Source: Flavobacteriales bacterium
Lineage (GTDB): Bacteria; Bacteroidota; Bacteroidia; Flavobacteriales; BACL11
Length of the DNA stretch: 64,000 nt
NCBI GenBank assembly: GCA_018645865.1
Contig: JABGVU010000064.1
Coordinates: 13,471-77,470 of the forward strand
Direction: 5' to 3'
Numbering within the stretch: position 1 is the first letter of the stretch; each line of letters starts with the position of its first letter. Shown in pieces: positions 56,187-64,000 of the stretch. The notes beneath the pieces were generated by a model that searched no databases, was not told the DNA's origin, and was given only the letters and a program-made list of their open reading frames with translations. The position numbers and the translations under genes were made by a program.

Positions 56187-56762
56187 TTAACTCATTTTTC
56201 TTGAAAAACAATTTCTACATAGAGGTTTGTATTTTTCTTTTTCACCAATTTGAATTAGATTTTTATCGTCAGTCATTCTAAACGAATGATTGGCAATTGA
56301 ACAGCAATCAATACAAATGGCATGTACTTTAGTAATGTGCTCTGCTATTGCTAAGAGCTCCGGCATAATTCCAAAAGGTTTTCCTAAAAAATCCATATCT
56401 AATCCTGCAATAATTACTCTTATCCCAGAATTAGCTAATTCAGTACATACAACAATTAATTCAGAATCAAAAAATTGAGCTTCATCAATCGCTATAACTT
56501 GTGATTCATTGGCTAGTTTAAAAATATCTTTTGCACTGTCTACAGCTATAGCATTGATAGTATTCTCGTCATGAGAAACTACTTTCTGAGTGTCGTATCG
56601 TTTATCAATTTGGGGTTTAAAAACAGCAATATTAAGTTTTTCAAACTCAGCTCTTTTTAGTCGTCTTAATAATTCTTCTGTTTTCCCTGAGAACATAGAA
56701 CCACAAATTACTTCAACACTTCCTTTTTGCATCTGGTGATTTATTTGTGATTCTAAAAACAT
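56187..56762 (-). CDS. tdk: thymidine kinase
   Basis: 191 aa. P-loop GSMFSGKTEELLRR, DEAQFF, and C-terminal Zn-binding Cys pairs (CxxC...CRNC). Confidence 0.96.
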   Translation of the reverse strand: MFLESQINHQMQKGSVEVICGSMFSGKTEELLRRLKRAEFEKLNIAVFKPQIDKRYDTQKVVSHDENTINAIAVDSAKDIFKLANESQVIAIDEAQFFDSELIVVCTELANSGIRVIIAGLDMDFLGKPFGIMPELLAIAEHITKVHAICIDCCSIANHSFRMTDDKNLIQIGEKEKYKPLCRNCFSRKMS

Positions 56763-56781
56763 TTAGCGTAATTTGTTTTAT

Positions 56782-56789
56782 TAAGTTTG
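56782..56789 (+). promoter_or_regulatory. -7 box TAAGTTTG(C) upstream of the gene starting at 56823
   Basis: Exact TAnnTTTG match, 33 nt before the ATG. Confidence 0.4.
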
Positions 56790-56793
56790 CTAA

Positions 56794-56801
56794 CAAAAGT
56801 A
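56794..56801 (-). promoter_or_regulatory. -7 box TACTTTTG on the minus strand upstream of tdk
   Basis: Plus-strand caaaagta, 31 nt upstream of the tdk start at 56762. It lies beyond the opposing plus-strand box, so the two promoters interleave. Confidence 0.4.
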
Positions 56802-56822
56802 TAAAAGCTATTCTATTTTATT

Positions 56823-57710
56823 ATGAATTTTAAAAGATTGTTTTCTCTTTCTCTTTTAGTATTGTTTGCCTGTTCTATTAATGCGAAACCTGACTCGACA
56901 AAAATTAATAAGAGGAGAGTATTATTAGTAAGCAGTAGTTTGGCAGCTGTATTAGGAGGGGCTTATTTATACGTTGAAAATGCATGGTGGTCTAACAAAC
57001 AAATTCCATTTCATTTTGATGATGGGGCAGATCTTACTTATGCGTTAAATGTTGATAAAGTAGGGCATTTTATGGGTGGATTGGAAGCGGCTGATTTTTT
57101 TTCTTCTTCAATGAAGTGGGTGGGCATGAATGAAAGAAAATCTCTTTGGTATGGCGCTGCATTTGGCTCAGGATTGCAATTAGCAATTGAAATGAAAGAT
57201 GCTTACGCCCCTTATTGGGGATTTAGTAAATGGGATTTAATAATTGGTTCGACTGGCTCATTTTGGCCTGTTGCACAGTATTATAATACTGATTTAAAAG
57301 CAATTAATTTTAAGTTTTCATATTATAAACAATCAAATATCTATTGGGATTTAGAGAAACAAAGAGGAAAAGAAGCTAATAAATATTCTTGGCAAGATGA
57401 TTATCCTAACCAAACCTACTGGGTAACTTTTGATGTTAATCATTTTATTGAAACTTGCTGCTGGCCTGATTGGCTAAATGTTGCTGTAGGCTTTGGAATA
57501 GATGACACTCAATATTTAAATTCAAGTAATCGCAAAACAGGAGGTAACAATGAATGGTATGTTGCCTTGGATTATGATATTCCAAAACTATTAAAGAAAT
57601 GGAATAGTCCAACAGGTAAAAAAGTAAAACATTGGCTTAACTATTTTCACTTCCCATCACCCACAATAAGAATTAGCCCTAAACTAGAATTATATCCTTT
57701 ATTCTTATAG
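56823..57710 (+). CDS. secreted/outer-membrane protein, possibly DUF2279 (YfiM-like)
   Basis: 295 aa with signal peptide. DKVGHFMGG motif reminiscent of YfiM/DUF2279. Aromatic-rich with a C-terminal Phe-Leu. Confidence 0.4.
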   Translation: MNFKRLFSLSLLVLFACSINAKPDSTKINKRRVLLVSSSLAAVLGGAYLYVENAWWSNKQIPFHFDDGADLTYALNVDKVGHFMGGLEAADFFSSSMKWVGMNERKSLWYGAAFGSGLQLAIEMKDAYAPYWGFSKWDLIIGSTGSFWPVAQYYNTDLKAINFKFSYYKQSNIYWDLEKQRGKEANKYSWQDDYPNQTYWVTFDVNHFIETCCWPDWLNVAVGFGIDDTQYLNSSNRKTGGNNEWYVALDYDIPKLLKKWNSPTGKKVKHWLNYFHFPSPTIRISPKLELYPLFL

Positions 57711-57719
57711 ATTTGTAAG

Positions 57720-58388
57720 ATGTCAAAAGTATATTTAATACCGACTCCAATAGGAAATTTGGAGGATATAACTATTAGAGCTTTACGCTTACTAAAAGAG
57801 GTCGATATGGTTTTGGCTGAAGATACCAGAACCACTAGAAAATTATTTACTCACTATGATATAAATACACCTTTATCTCCCTTTCATATGCATAATGAAC
57901 ACAAGGTGCTTAATAAATGGATAGAACGATTAAAGTCTGGAGAAACAATTGCACTTGTTTCTGATGCTGGAACTCCTGCAATTTCTGATCCGGGTTTTTT
58001 ATTAGTTCGTGAATGTGTTAGAAATGATATTGAGATAGATTGTTTGCCAGGAGCAACCGCTTTTGTCCCTGCCTTAGTAAATTCAGGATTGCCTTCTGAA
58101 AAATTTATTTTTGAAGGATTTTTACCTGCTAAAAAAGGAAGACAGACAAGATTAAAAGTTTTGGCTGAGGAAGAAAGAACAATGATTTTTTATGAATCTC
58201 CTCACAGAATTGTTAAAACCTTAAGTCAGTTTATGGAATATTTTGGAGACGAAAGAATTGTTTCTGTTTCCAGAGAAATATCTAAAATGTTTGAAGAAAC
58301 TAAGAGGGGAAGCATGAAAGAAGTAAAAGAATATTTTGAAGAAAATAAACCTAAAGGGGAATTTGTAATTATTGTGGAAGGTAAATAA
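57720..58388 (+). CDS. rsmI: 16S rRNA (cytidine1402-2'-O)-methyltransferase
   Basis: 222 aa. LIPTPIGNLEDITIRALRLLKEVDMVLAEDTR and SDAGTPAISDPG are RsmI hallmarks. Confidence 0.95.
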   Translation: MSKVYLIPTPIGNLEDITIRALRLLKEVDMVLAEDTRTTRKLFTHYDINTPLSPFHMHNEHKVLNKWIERLKSGETIALVSDAGTPAISDPGFLLVRECVRNDIEIDCLPGATAFVPALVNSGLPSEKFIFEGFLPAKKGRQTRLKVLAEEERTMIFYESPHRIVKTLSQFMEYFGDERIVSVSREISKMFEETKRGSMKEVKEYFEENKPKGEFVIIVEGK

Positions 58389-59443
58389 TGGAATTTAAGC
58401 AATTCATACATAAAAAACCATACTTGATTGCTGGACCCTGTAGTGCAGAATCAGAAAATCAGCTCTTAACTATTGCTAAAGCAGTTGAAGGCACTGCTGA
58501 TGTATTTAGAGCTGGAATTTGGAAGCCAAGAACCAACCCTAATTCATTTGAAGGGATTGGAAAAGATGCTTTATCTTGGCTTAAAAGAATTCAACAAGAG
58601 ACAAGTCTAAAGGTAGTTACAGAGGTGGCAACAGCCAAACATGTTGAACTGTGTTTAGAATCAGAGGTTGATATGCTTTGGATTGGAGCTAGAACAACTG
58701 TAAATCCTTTTTATGTTCAAGAAATTGCTGAAGCTTTAAGAGGAGTAGATATACCTGTTTTTGTTAAAAATCCTATTCATCCAGAACTAGGATTATGGCT
58801 TGGTACTTTTGAACGATTACATAAAGTTGGAGTAAAACAATTAGCTGCAATACACAGAGGTTTTTATAGTTATGAAAAAGGTGCTTTCAGGAATGACCCC
58901 AAATGGGAAATTCCAATCAAATTAAGAGAAGAAATTAGGGATTTACCAATTATTTGTGATCCTAGTCATATTGCAGGAAAAGCGGCTTTGGTTGAGGATA
59001 TTGCTCAAACTGCGATGGATATTAGCCTTGATGGATTGATGATAGAAACACATCACAACCAAGCTGTAGCTTTAAGTGATGCCGAGCAGCAAGTTACTCC
59101 TATAGAGTTGAATAGTATTATGAATAATTTAGTGTTGAGAGATACAAAGTTAAGAGATGAAGAATTTAGAGGTCAGTTGCTAAATTTTAGGAATCAGATT
59201 GATAATTTAGATACGCAAATTATTGAATTACTAAATAACAGAAAACAAGTAGTAGAACACATAGCAAATTTTAAAAATGAAAATAGATTAACTATTTTTC
59301 AAATTGATAGATGGTTCGAAATATTAAATACCAGGAAAGAAAATGCAAATTTATTGGGAGTAGACAAGCAAATGGTAGAAGAAATATTTGCTCTAATTCA
59401 TAAATATTCAATTCTAACACAAACTAAAATAATGCGTAAGTAA
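58388..59443 (+). CDS. bifunctional 3-deoxy-7-phosphoheptulonate synthase / chorismate mutase
   Basis: 351 aa. N-terminal type I-beta DAHP synthase (AGPCSAES...FRAGIWKPRT...CDPSH) and a C-terminal AroQ-type chorismate mutase helix bundle (from about residue 255). Confidence 0.9.
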   Translation: MEFKQFIHKKPYLIAGPCSAESENQLLTIAKAVEGTADVFRAGIWKPRTNPNSFEGIGKDALSWLKRIQQETSLKVVTEVATAKHVELCLESEVDMLWIGARTTVNPFYVQEIAEALRGVDIPVFVKNPIHPELGLWLGTFERLHKVGVKQLAAIHRGFYSYEKGAFRNDPKWEIPIKLREEIRDLPIICDPSHIAGKAALVEDIAQTAMDISLDGLMIETHHNQAVALSDAEQQVTPIELNSIMNNLVLRDTKLRDEEFRGQLLNFRNQIDNLDTQIIELLNNRKQVVEHIANFKNENRLTIFQIDRWFEILNTRKENANLLGVDKQMVEEIFALIHKYSILTQTKIMRK

Positions 59444-61125
59444 TGCAGAAAAATTGGAATATATTAGAATCAAACAATACAGTTGTTTCCAAATTATCAA
59501 AAATTTTAAATGTATCTGAAATTGTGGCGCATTTGTTGGTGCTAAGAGGAATTACAACTTTTGAGGAATCTAAGTCATTTTTTCGCCCAGAAATATCTCA
59601 TTTGCACGATCCTTTCCTTATGAAAGATATGCAGAAAGCAGTGGATAGAATCCAAACTGTAATTACAAATAACGAGAAGGTTTTGGTGTATGGTGATTAT
59701 GATGTAGATGGAACAACATCAATTTCTATGATGTATTCTTTTTTAAAGAAAAAGGTAAAGGAAATAGAATATTATATTCCTTGTAGATATGATGAGGGGT
59801 ATGGAATTTCTTTAAAAGGTATTGATTATGCTAAGGAAAATAATTTTACTTTAATTATTGCTTTAGATTGTGGTATTCGTGCTGTCAATCAAGTTGATTA
59901 TGCAAATGAAAAAGGAATTGATTTCATTATTTGTGATCATCATAATCCAGGCGAAAAAACACCTAAAGCGGTTGCAATACTTAATCCAAAGCAAGCAGAT
60001 TGTAATTATCCATATAAGGAACTTTCGGGCTGTGGCGTAGGTTTTAAATTGATTCAAGCTTTTAGTCAGCAAAATAATATTGATTTCTATGAAATTATAG
60101 AGTACTTGGATTTGTTAACTGTAAGTATTGGTGCCGATATTGTACCTATGACAGGTGAAAATAGAGTGTTTTCTTTTTACGGTTTACAGCAAATAAACAA
60201 AAATCCTAGAGTTGGTTTAAAGGCATTGATGGAAATAGCAAATAAAACTAAAGAGGTTACAATAACTGATGTAGTGTTTGGTATTGCCCCAAGGATAAAT
60301 GCGGCTGGTAGAATAGAACATGCCAAAAAAGCAGTTGAGATATTAGTGGAAACTGATTATGCTAAAGCAAAGATATTTGCTGTTAAAATTGAAGAGAATA
60401 ATAGAATAAGAAAAAGCCTAGATAAAAGCATTACTGAGGAAGCTTTGGAAATGATTGATGTGAAAAAAAAATCAACCGTTGTTCATAGTGAAAGTTGGCA
60501 TAAAGGTGTGATTGGAATTGTTGCCTCTCGTCTAATTGAAAACTATTATAAACCTACTATTGTATTGGCAGAAAAGGATGGAATACTTACTGGTTCTGCT
60601 CGTTCAGTACATGATTTTGATTTATATAGCGCAATAGCTAAGTGTGAACATCTCTGTGAAAAGTTTGGAGGACATAAATATGCGGCAGGTTTAAGTATTA
60701 AGAAAGAGAATTTACCTCAGTTTATTGATGCCTTTGAAAAAGCAGTAATCGAGTCTATTACTGAAGATCAGCTTATTCCTAAAATTAATATTGATAAAAT
60801 AATTGATATTGACGCTGTGGATGATAAGCTTTACCGAATCATAAAGCAGTTTGCTCCCTTTGGACCAAAAAATTTATCGCCTATTTTTGTTAGTAAAGGA
60901 GTAATTGATAATGGTTATGGAAAGCAAGTAGGAGAGGATAAAACTCATCTAAGGATTAATGCAAAAAGAAATAAAGTGGCTATTGCTGGGATTGGTTTTG
61001 GTATGGGAGATTATTTTGAAATCATTAAAGACAATCAAACTTTTGATGTCTGTTATTCTATTGATGAAAATGAATGGAATGGTAAAAAAAGTTTGCAGTT
61101 AAGAATAAGAGATATTAAAGAATAA
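59443..61125 (+). CDS. recJ: single-stranded-DNA-specific exonuclease RecJ
   Basis: 560 aa. DHH motifs (GDYDVDGTTS, DCGI, ICDHHNP) and DHHA1 (GGHKYAAG). Confidence 0.95.
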   Translation: MQKNWNILESNNTVVSKLSKILNVSEIVAHLLVLRGITTFEESKSFFRPEISHLHDPFLMKDMQKAVDRIQTVITNNEKVLVYGDYDVDGTTSISMMYSFLKKKVKEIEYYIPCRYDEGYGISLKGIDYAKENNFTLIIALDCGIRAVNQVDYANEKGIDFIICDHHNPGEKTPKAVAILNPKQADCNYPYKELSGCGVGFKLIQAFSQQNNIDFYEIIEYLDLLTVSIGADIVPMTGENRVFSFYGLQQINKNPRVGLKALMEIANKTKEVTITDVVFGIAPRINAAGRIEHAKKAVEILVETDYAKAKIFAVKIEENNRIRKSLDKSITEEALEMIDVKKKSTVVHSESWHKGVIGIVASRLIENYYKPTIVLAEKDGILTGSARSVHDFDLYSAIAKCEHLCEKFGGHKYAAGLSIKKENLPQFIDAFEKAVIESITEDQLIPKINIDKIIDIDAVDDKLYRIIKQFAPFGPKNLSPIFVSKGVIDNGYGKQVGEDKTHLRINAKRNKVAIAGIGFGMGDYFEIIKDNQTFDVCYSIDENEWNGKKSLQLRIRDIKE

Positions 61126-61131
61126 AAATTT

Positions 61132-62622
61132 ATGAGTAATTATAATCTCTATGTTAAGCATTTAAATAAAATTACTGATGTAAACATGTCAATGGCAGTT
61201 CTTGGTTGGGATCAAGAAACTAAAATGCCAAAAAACGGCAGTAGATTTAGAGCGCAACAATTATCAACTCTAGCAGAAATCTCACACGAATTGTCAACAA
61301 ATAAAGATTATGGTAATCTTCTTAATAATCTTAATTCTGATGATTCATTAAGTTCTAATCAAAGAAGAAATATAAGTTTATCTTTAAAGGCCTTTAATAA
61401 ATCCAAAAAATACAAATCGGAATTTATTATTGAAGAATCTAAGTTAGTATCAAATGCTTTTCAAAAATGGAGATTAGCAAAAGAAAAAAATGACTTTTCA
61501 ATCTTTGAAAGTTCCTTAAATAAACTTGTCGATTTAAGAATTAAAGAATGTGAAATTTTGGGTTATGATAATCATCCATATGATGCATTATTAAATCAAT
61601 ATGAACCTGGACTTACTACAAATGAGGTGGATGAATTTTTTTCAAATGTTAAAGAATTTTTAGTTCCATTTATAAAGAAAATTTTAAAATCCAATAAGAT
61701 TGATGATTCATTTTTTTATCAAAAATATTCACATAATAAACAATGGGACTTTGGTATTGAATTACTTAAAAAAATGGAATATAATTTTGATTCTGGTCGT
61801 CAGGATTTATCCGCTCACCCCTTCTCTACTCATTTTTCACCCGATGATGTAAGAGTAACCACTAGAATTGATGAAGATAATCTTTCTGAAATGATATGGT
61901 CTTGTATTCATGAAGGAGGTCATGCTCTATATGAACAAGGTATTTTATCTGAAAATTATGGTTTACCTTTAGGCGAAACTATTTCCTTAGGAATCCATGA
62001 ATCTCAATCAAGATTATGGGAAAATAATGTTGGTCGTAGTTTAGAATTCTGGAAATATAATTACGATTCTTTAAAGTCAATATTCCCTAATCAGTTATCA
62101 GATGTTACAGTTGATGATTTTTATAAAGCCGCAAATAATATAAAACCAAGTTTAATTAGAACAAATGCTGACGAGTTAACTTATCATCTTCACGTACTTA
62201 TAAGATATGAGATTGAGAAAGCATTAATAGAGGGTAAAATAATAGTTAAAGATTTACCTGAAATATGGAATTTAAAATATTATGAATATTTAGAATTAGA
62301 AGTACCTTGTGATGCTCTAGGTGTTTTACAAGATATACATTGGTCACATGGTAGTTTTGGTTATTTCCCAACATATACAATAGGTAGTTTTTATGCAGCA
62401 CAATTTTTTAATCAAGCTAAAGTTGAAAACCCTAATTTGTTAAAAGAAATTGAAGATGGAAATAATAAAAATCTTTTAAATTGGTTAAGGAAAAAGATCC
62501 ACAACAATGGTAAAAGGCTGGATGCAGACAAACTTTGTGAGAAAATAAGTGGTGAAAAACTTAATTTTAAATATTTTAAGGAATATGTGATTGAGAAATA
62601 TTCTAAGATATATTCATTATAA
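61132..62622 (+). CDS. carboxypeptidase M32 (Taq-type metallocarboxypeptidase)
   Basis: 496 aa. HEGGHALYEQG zinc motif, HESQSRLWEN, DIHWSHGSFGYFPTY. Confidence 0.94.
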   Translation: MSNYNLYVKHLNKITDVNMSMAVLGWDQETKMPKNGSRFRAQQLSTLAEISHELSTNKDYGNLLNNLNSDDSLSSNQRRNISLSLKAFNKSKKYKSEFIIEESKLVSNAFQKWRLAKEKNDFSIFESSLNKLVDLRIKECEILGYDNHPYDALLNQYEPGLTTNEVDEFFSNVKEFLVPFIKKILKSNKIDDSFFYQKYSHNKQWDFGIELLKKMEYNFDSGRQDLSAHPFSTHFSPDDVRVTTRIDEDNLSEMIWSCIHEGGHALYEQGILSENYGLPLGETISLGIHESQSRLWENNVGRSLEFWKYNYDSLKSIFPNQLSDVTVDDFYKAANNIKPSLIRTNADELTYHLHVLIRYEIEKALIEGKIIVKDLPEIWNLKYYEYLELEVPCDALGVLQDIHWSHGSFGYFPTYTIGSFYAAQFFNQAKVENPNLLKEIEDGNNKNLLNWLRKKIHNNGKRLDADKLCEKISGEKLNFKYFKEYVIEKYSKIYSL

Positions 62623-62687
62623 CAGAATCGTAGCAAGATTACACCCTAAGTTAATTTCACTGAATTACAGGAAAGTTTAGATTTTTA

Positions 62688-64000
62688 TTATCCCACATTT
62701 CTGCCTAAATATTTAGCAATCTGAGTTTTTATTTGGATAAGGCGGCTTAATAGCTTAATGCCTTCAGTATTAATACTTCCATTTTTTATTTTTAGTTGCA
62801 AATCGTTAATTTGCTTATCAATATGTCCTTTTTTAAGCGATAAAATAGCTTTTTCAGTAGTTTTACGTATTTTTTCATTTTCCCTGCCAGTATAGATTTT
62901 ATGTCGATCCACCCAATTATTACTGATGCTATGCTTATTGCTAATAAAATCTATTGCCTTTTGGCTAATTTCCGAGTTTTGATGATTAATAAAATGCTGT
63001 AAATCAATAATTCCTTTTTTTTCAATCACCCTTATGATTTCAATGTACATTGCATGAAAACCCGAATTTGTAAATATGATATTATCAGCATCAAGGTCAC
63101 TAAAAATTAGAGCAGCTACACTCTCTTGCTCATCATCTTCTGTAGTGAAAGTATCATTTCCATAATTTATTAATATACGTAAAATCTCTTCTTCTAACTT
63201 CATTAATTTTTCATCTGAATTTAGCGTCTCTTTTAGTTTTTTAGCAGGCTGCTCACTTATCTTATTTCTAGTTCCTACTTGTTCAAAAGAACCAATATTA
63301 GCTCTGGTTTTTGCGACTTCATTTAATAGTACATTTTCAGCAATATCTAGTTTCTTGCTAAACGTTTTACAATATTGCGAACGATTTAAACTATCAGGGA
63401 TACAAGATATTGATTCAATAATATCTCTTTTTATATTTGTGATTTTTGTAGGATCATCAATAGTGTTTAAATCCGAAATTTTTATTTTATAATCAATAAA
63501 ATCAACAGATTTAGTAGTTAAAAATTCTTTAAAATCGTCAGTTGATAATTTTTTGGAAAAAGAATCAGGATCTTCTCCTTCAGGGAATGCTGCAATCTTT
63601 ACATTCAGTCCTTCCTTTAAAATCATATTGATTGATTTATAGGTAGCTTTTATCCCTGCGTTATCACCATCAAAAAGTAGAACTACATTATTAGCTAAGC
63701 GATTAATGAGTTTAATCTGTTCCAAAGTAAGGGCTGTACCGGAAGCAGAAACTACATTTTCTATTCCATTTTGATGCATGGAAATTACATCCGTATAACC
63801 TTCAACTATGTAACAAATTCCTTCTTTTCCTATTGCATTTTTGGAGTAGTTTAGACCGTATAATACTTTACTTTTATGGTAAATTAAAGTTTCGGGTGAA
63901 TTTAAATATTTCGCTTTTGCATTGAGGTTAAAAGCTCTTCCTCCAAAACCTAAAGTTCGCCCTGAATAGGATTGAATAGGAAACATAGCTCTCTCTTTGA
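62688..64000 (-). CDS. dnaG: DNA primase, partial (N-terminus beyond the window end)
   Basis: The reading frame stays open to position 64000 (..KERAMFPIQSYSGRTLGFGGR, the primase RNA-polymerase core motif). TOPRIM EGYTDV and DGDNAG. The zinc-finger N-terminus is not in the window. Confidence 0.93.
   Translation of the reverse strand, partial: KERAMFPIQSYSGRTLGFGGRAFNLNAKAKYLNSPETLIYHKSKVLYGLNYSKNAIGKEGICYIVEGYTDVISMHQNGIENVVSASGTALTLEQIKLINRLANNVVLLFDGDNAGIKATYKSINMILKEGLNVKIAAFPEGEDPDSFSKKLSTDDFKEFLTTKSVDFIDYKIKISDLNTIDDPTKITNIKRDIIESISCIPDSLNRSQYCKTFSKKLDIAENVLLNEVAKTRANIGSFEQVGTRNKISEQPAKKLKETLNSDEKLMKLEEEILRILINYGNDTFTTEDDEQESVAALIFSDLDADNIIFTNSGFHAMYIEIIRVIEKKGIIDLQHFINHQNSEISQKAIDFISNKHSISNNWVDRHKIYTGRENEKIRKTTEKAILSLKKGHIDKQINDLQLKIKNGSINTEGIKLLSRLIQIKTQIAKYLGRNVG

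Overview
This is an AT-rich, densely packed chromosomal segment of a Bacteroidota genome, probably Flavobacteriia-like. The taxon call rests on four things: no Shine-Dalgarno sequences, recurrent TAnnTTTG -7 promoter boxes, a PorP/SprF gene, and several type IX secretion (T9SS) C-terminal sorting domains. I call 57 protein genes and one tRNA-Arg(UCG). Most genes are core housekeeping: atpBEFHAG, dut, tatA, gatA, rpoN, asnS, dxs, recO, mnmG, ybeY, gltX, folB, glycyl-tRNA synthetase, rnpA-yidD, alr, tdk, rsmI, DAHP synthase/chorismate mutase, recJ, an M32 carboxypeptidase, and dnaG (cut by the window end). The accessory-looking content is all cell-envelope. It includes a 1229-aa SBBP/PKD adhesin with a type-B T9SS domain, coupled to PorP/SprF and a PD40/OmpA protein. 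It also includes a PorZ-like propeller, a TonB-dependent receptor paired with a T9SS-secreted Asp-box propeller, an Fn3 protein, two M23/LytM proteins and several DUF-type lipoproteins. I found no CRISPR array, transposase, integrase, prophage, toxin-antitoxin pair or recognisable defence gene, so I cannot point to a clear-cut novel multi-gene system. The best leads are: (1) a G9 homopolymer in the adhesin gene where a slip of one G either way truncates the protein; (2) a 1099-aa membrane-anchored coiled-coil protein translationally coupled to ybeY-mnmG-methyltransferase; (3) a Zn-ribbon SAM methyltransferase coupled to mnmG; (4) a SusD-less TonB receptor paired with a T9SS propeller; (5) -7 boxes abutting start codons, which suggests leaderless mRNAs. 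DUF family names are recalled from memory, not searched.
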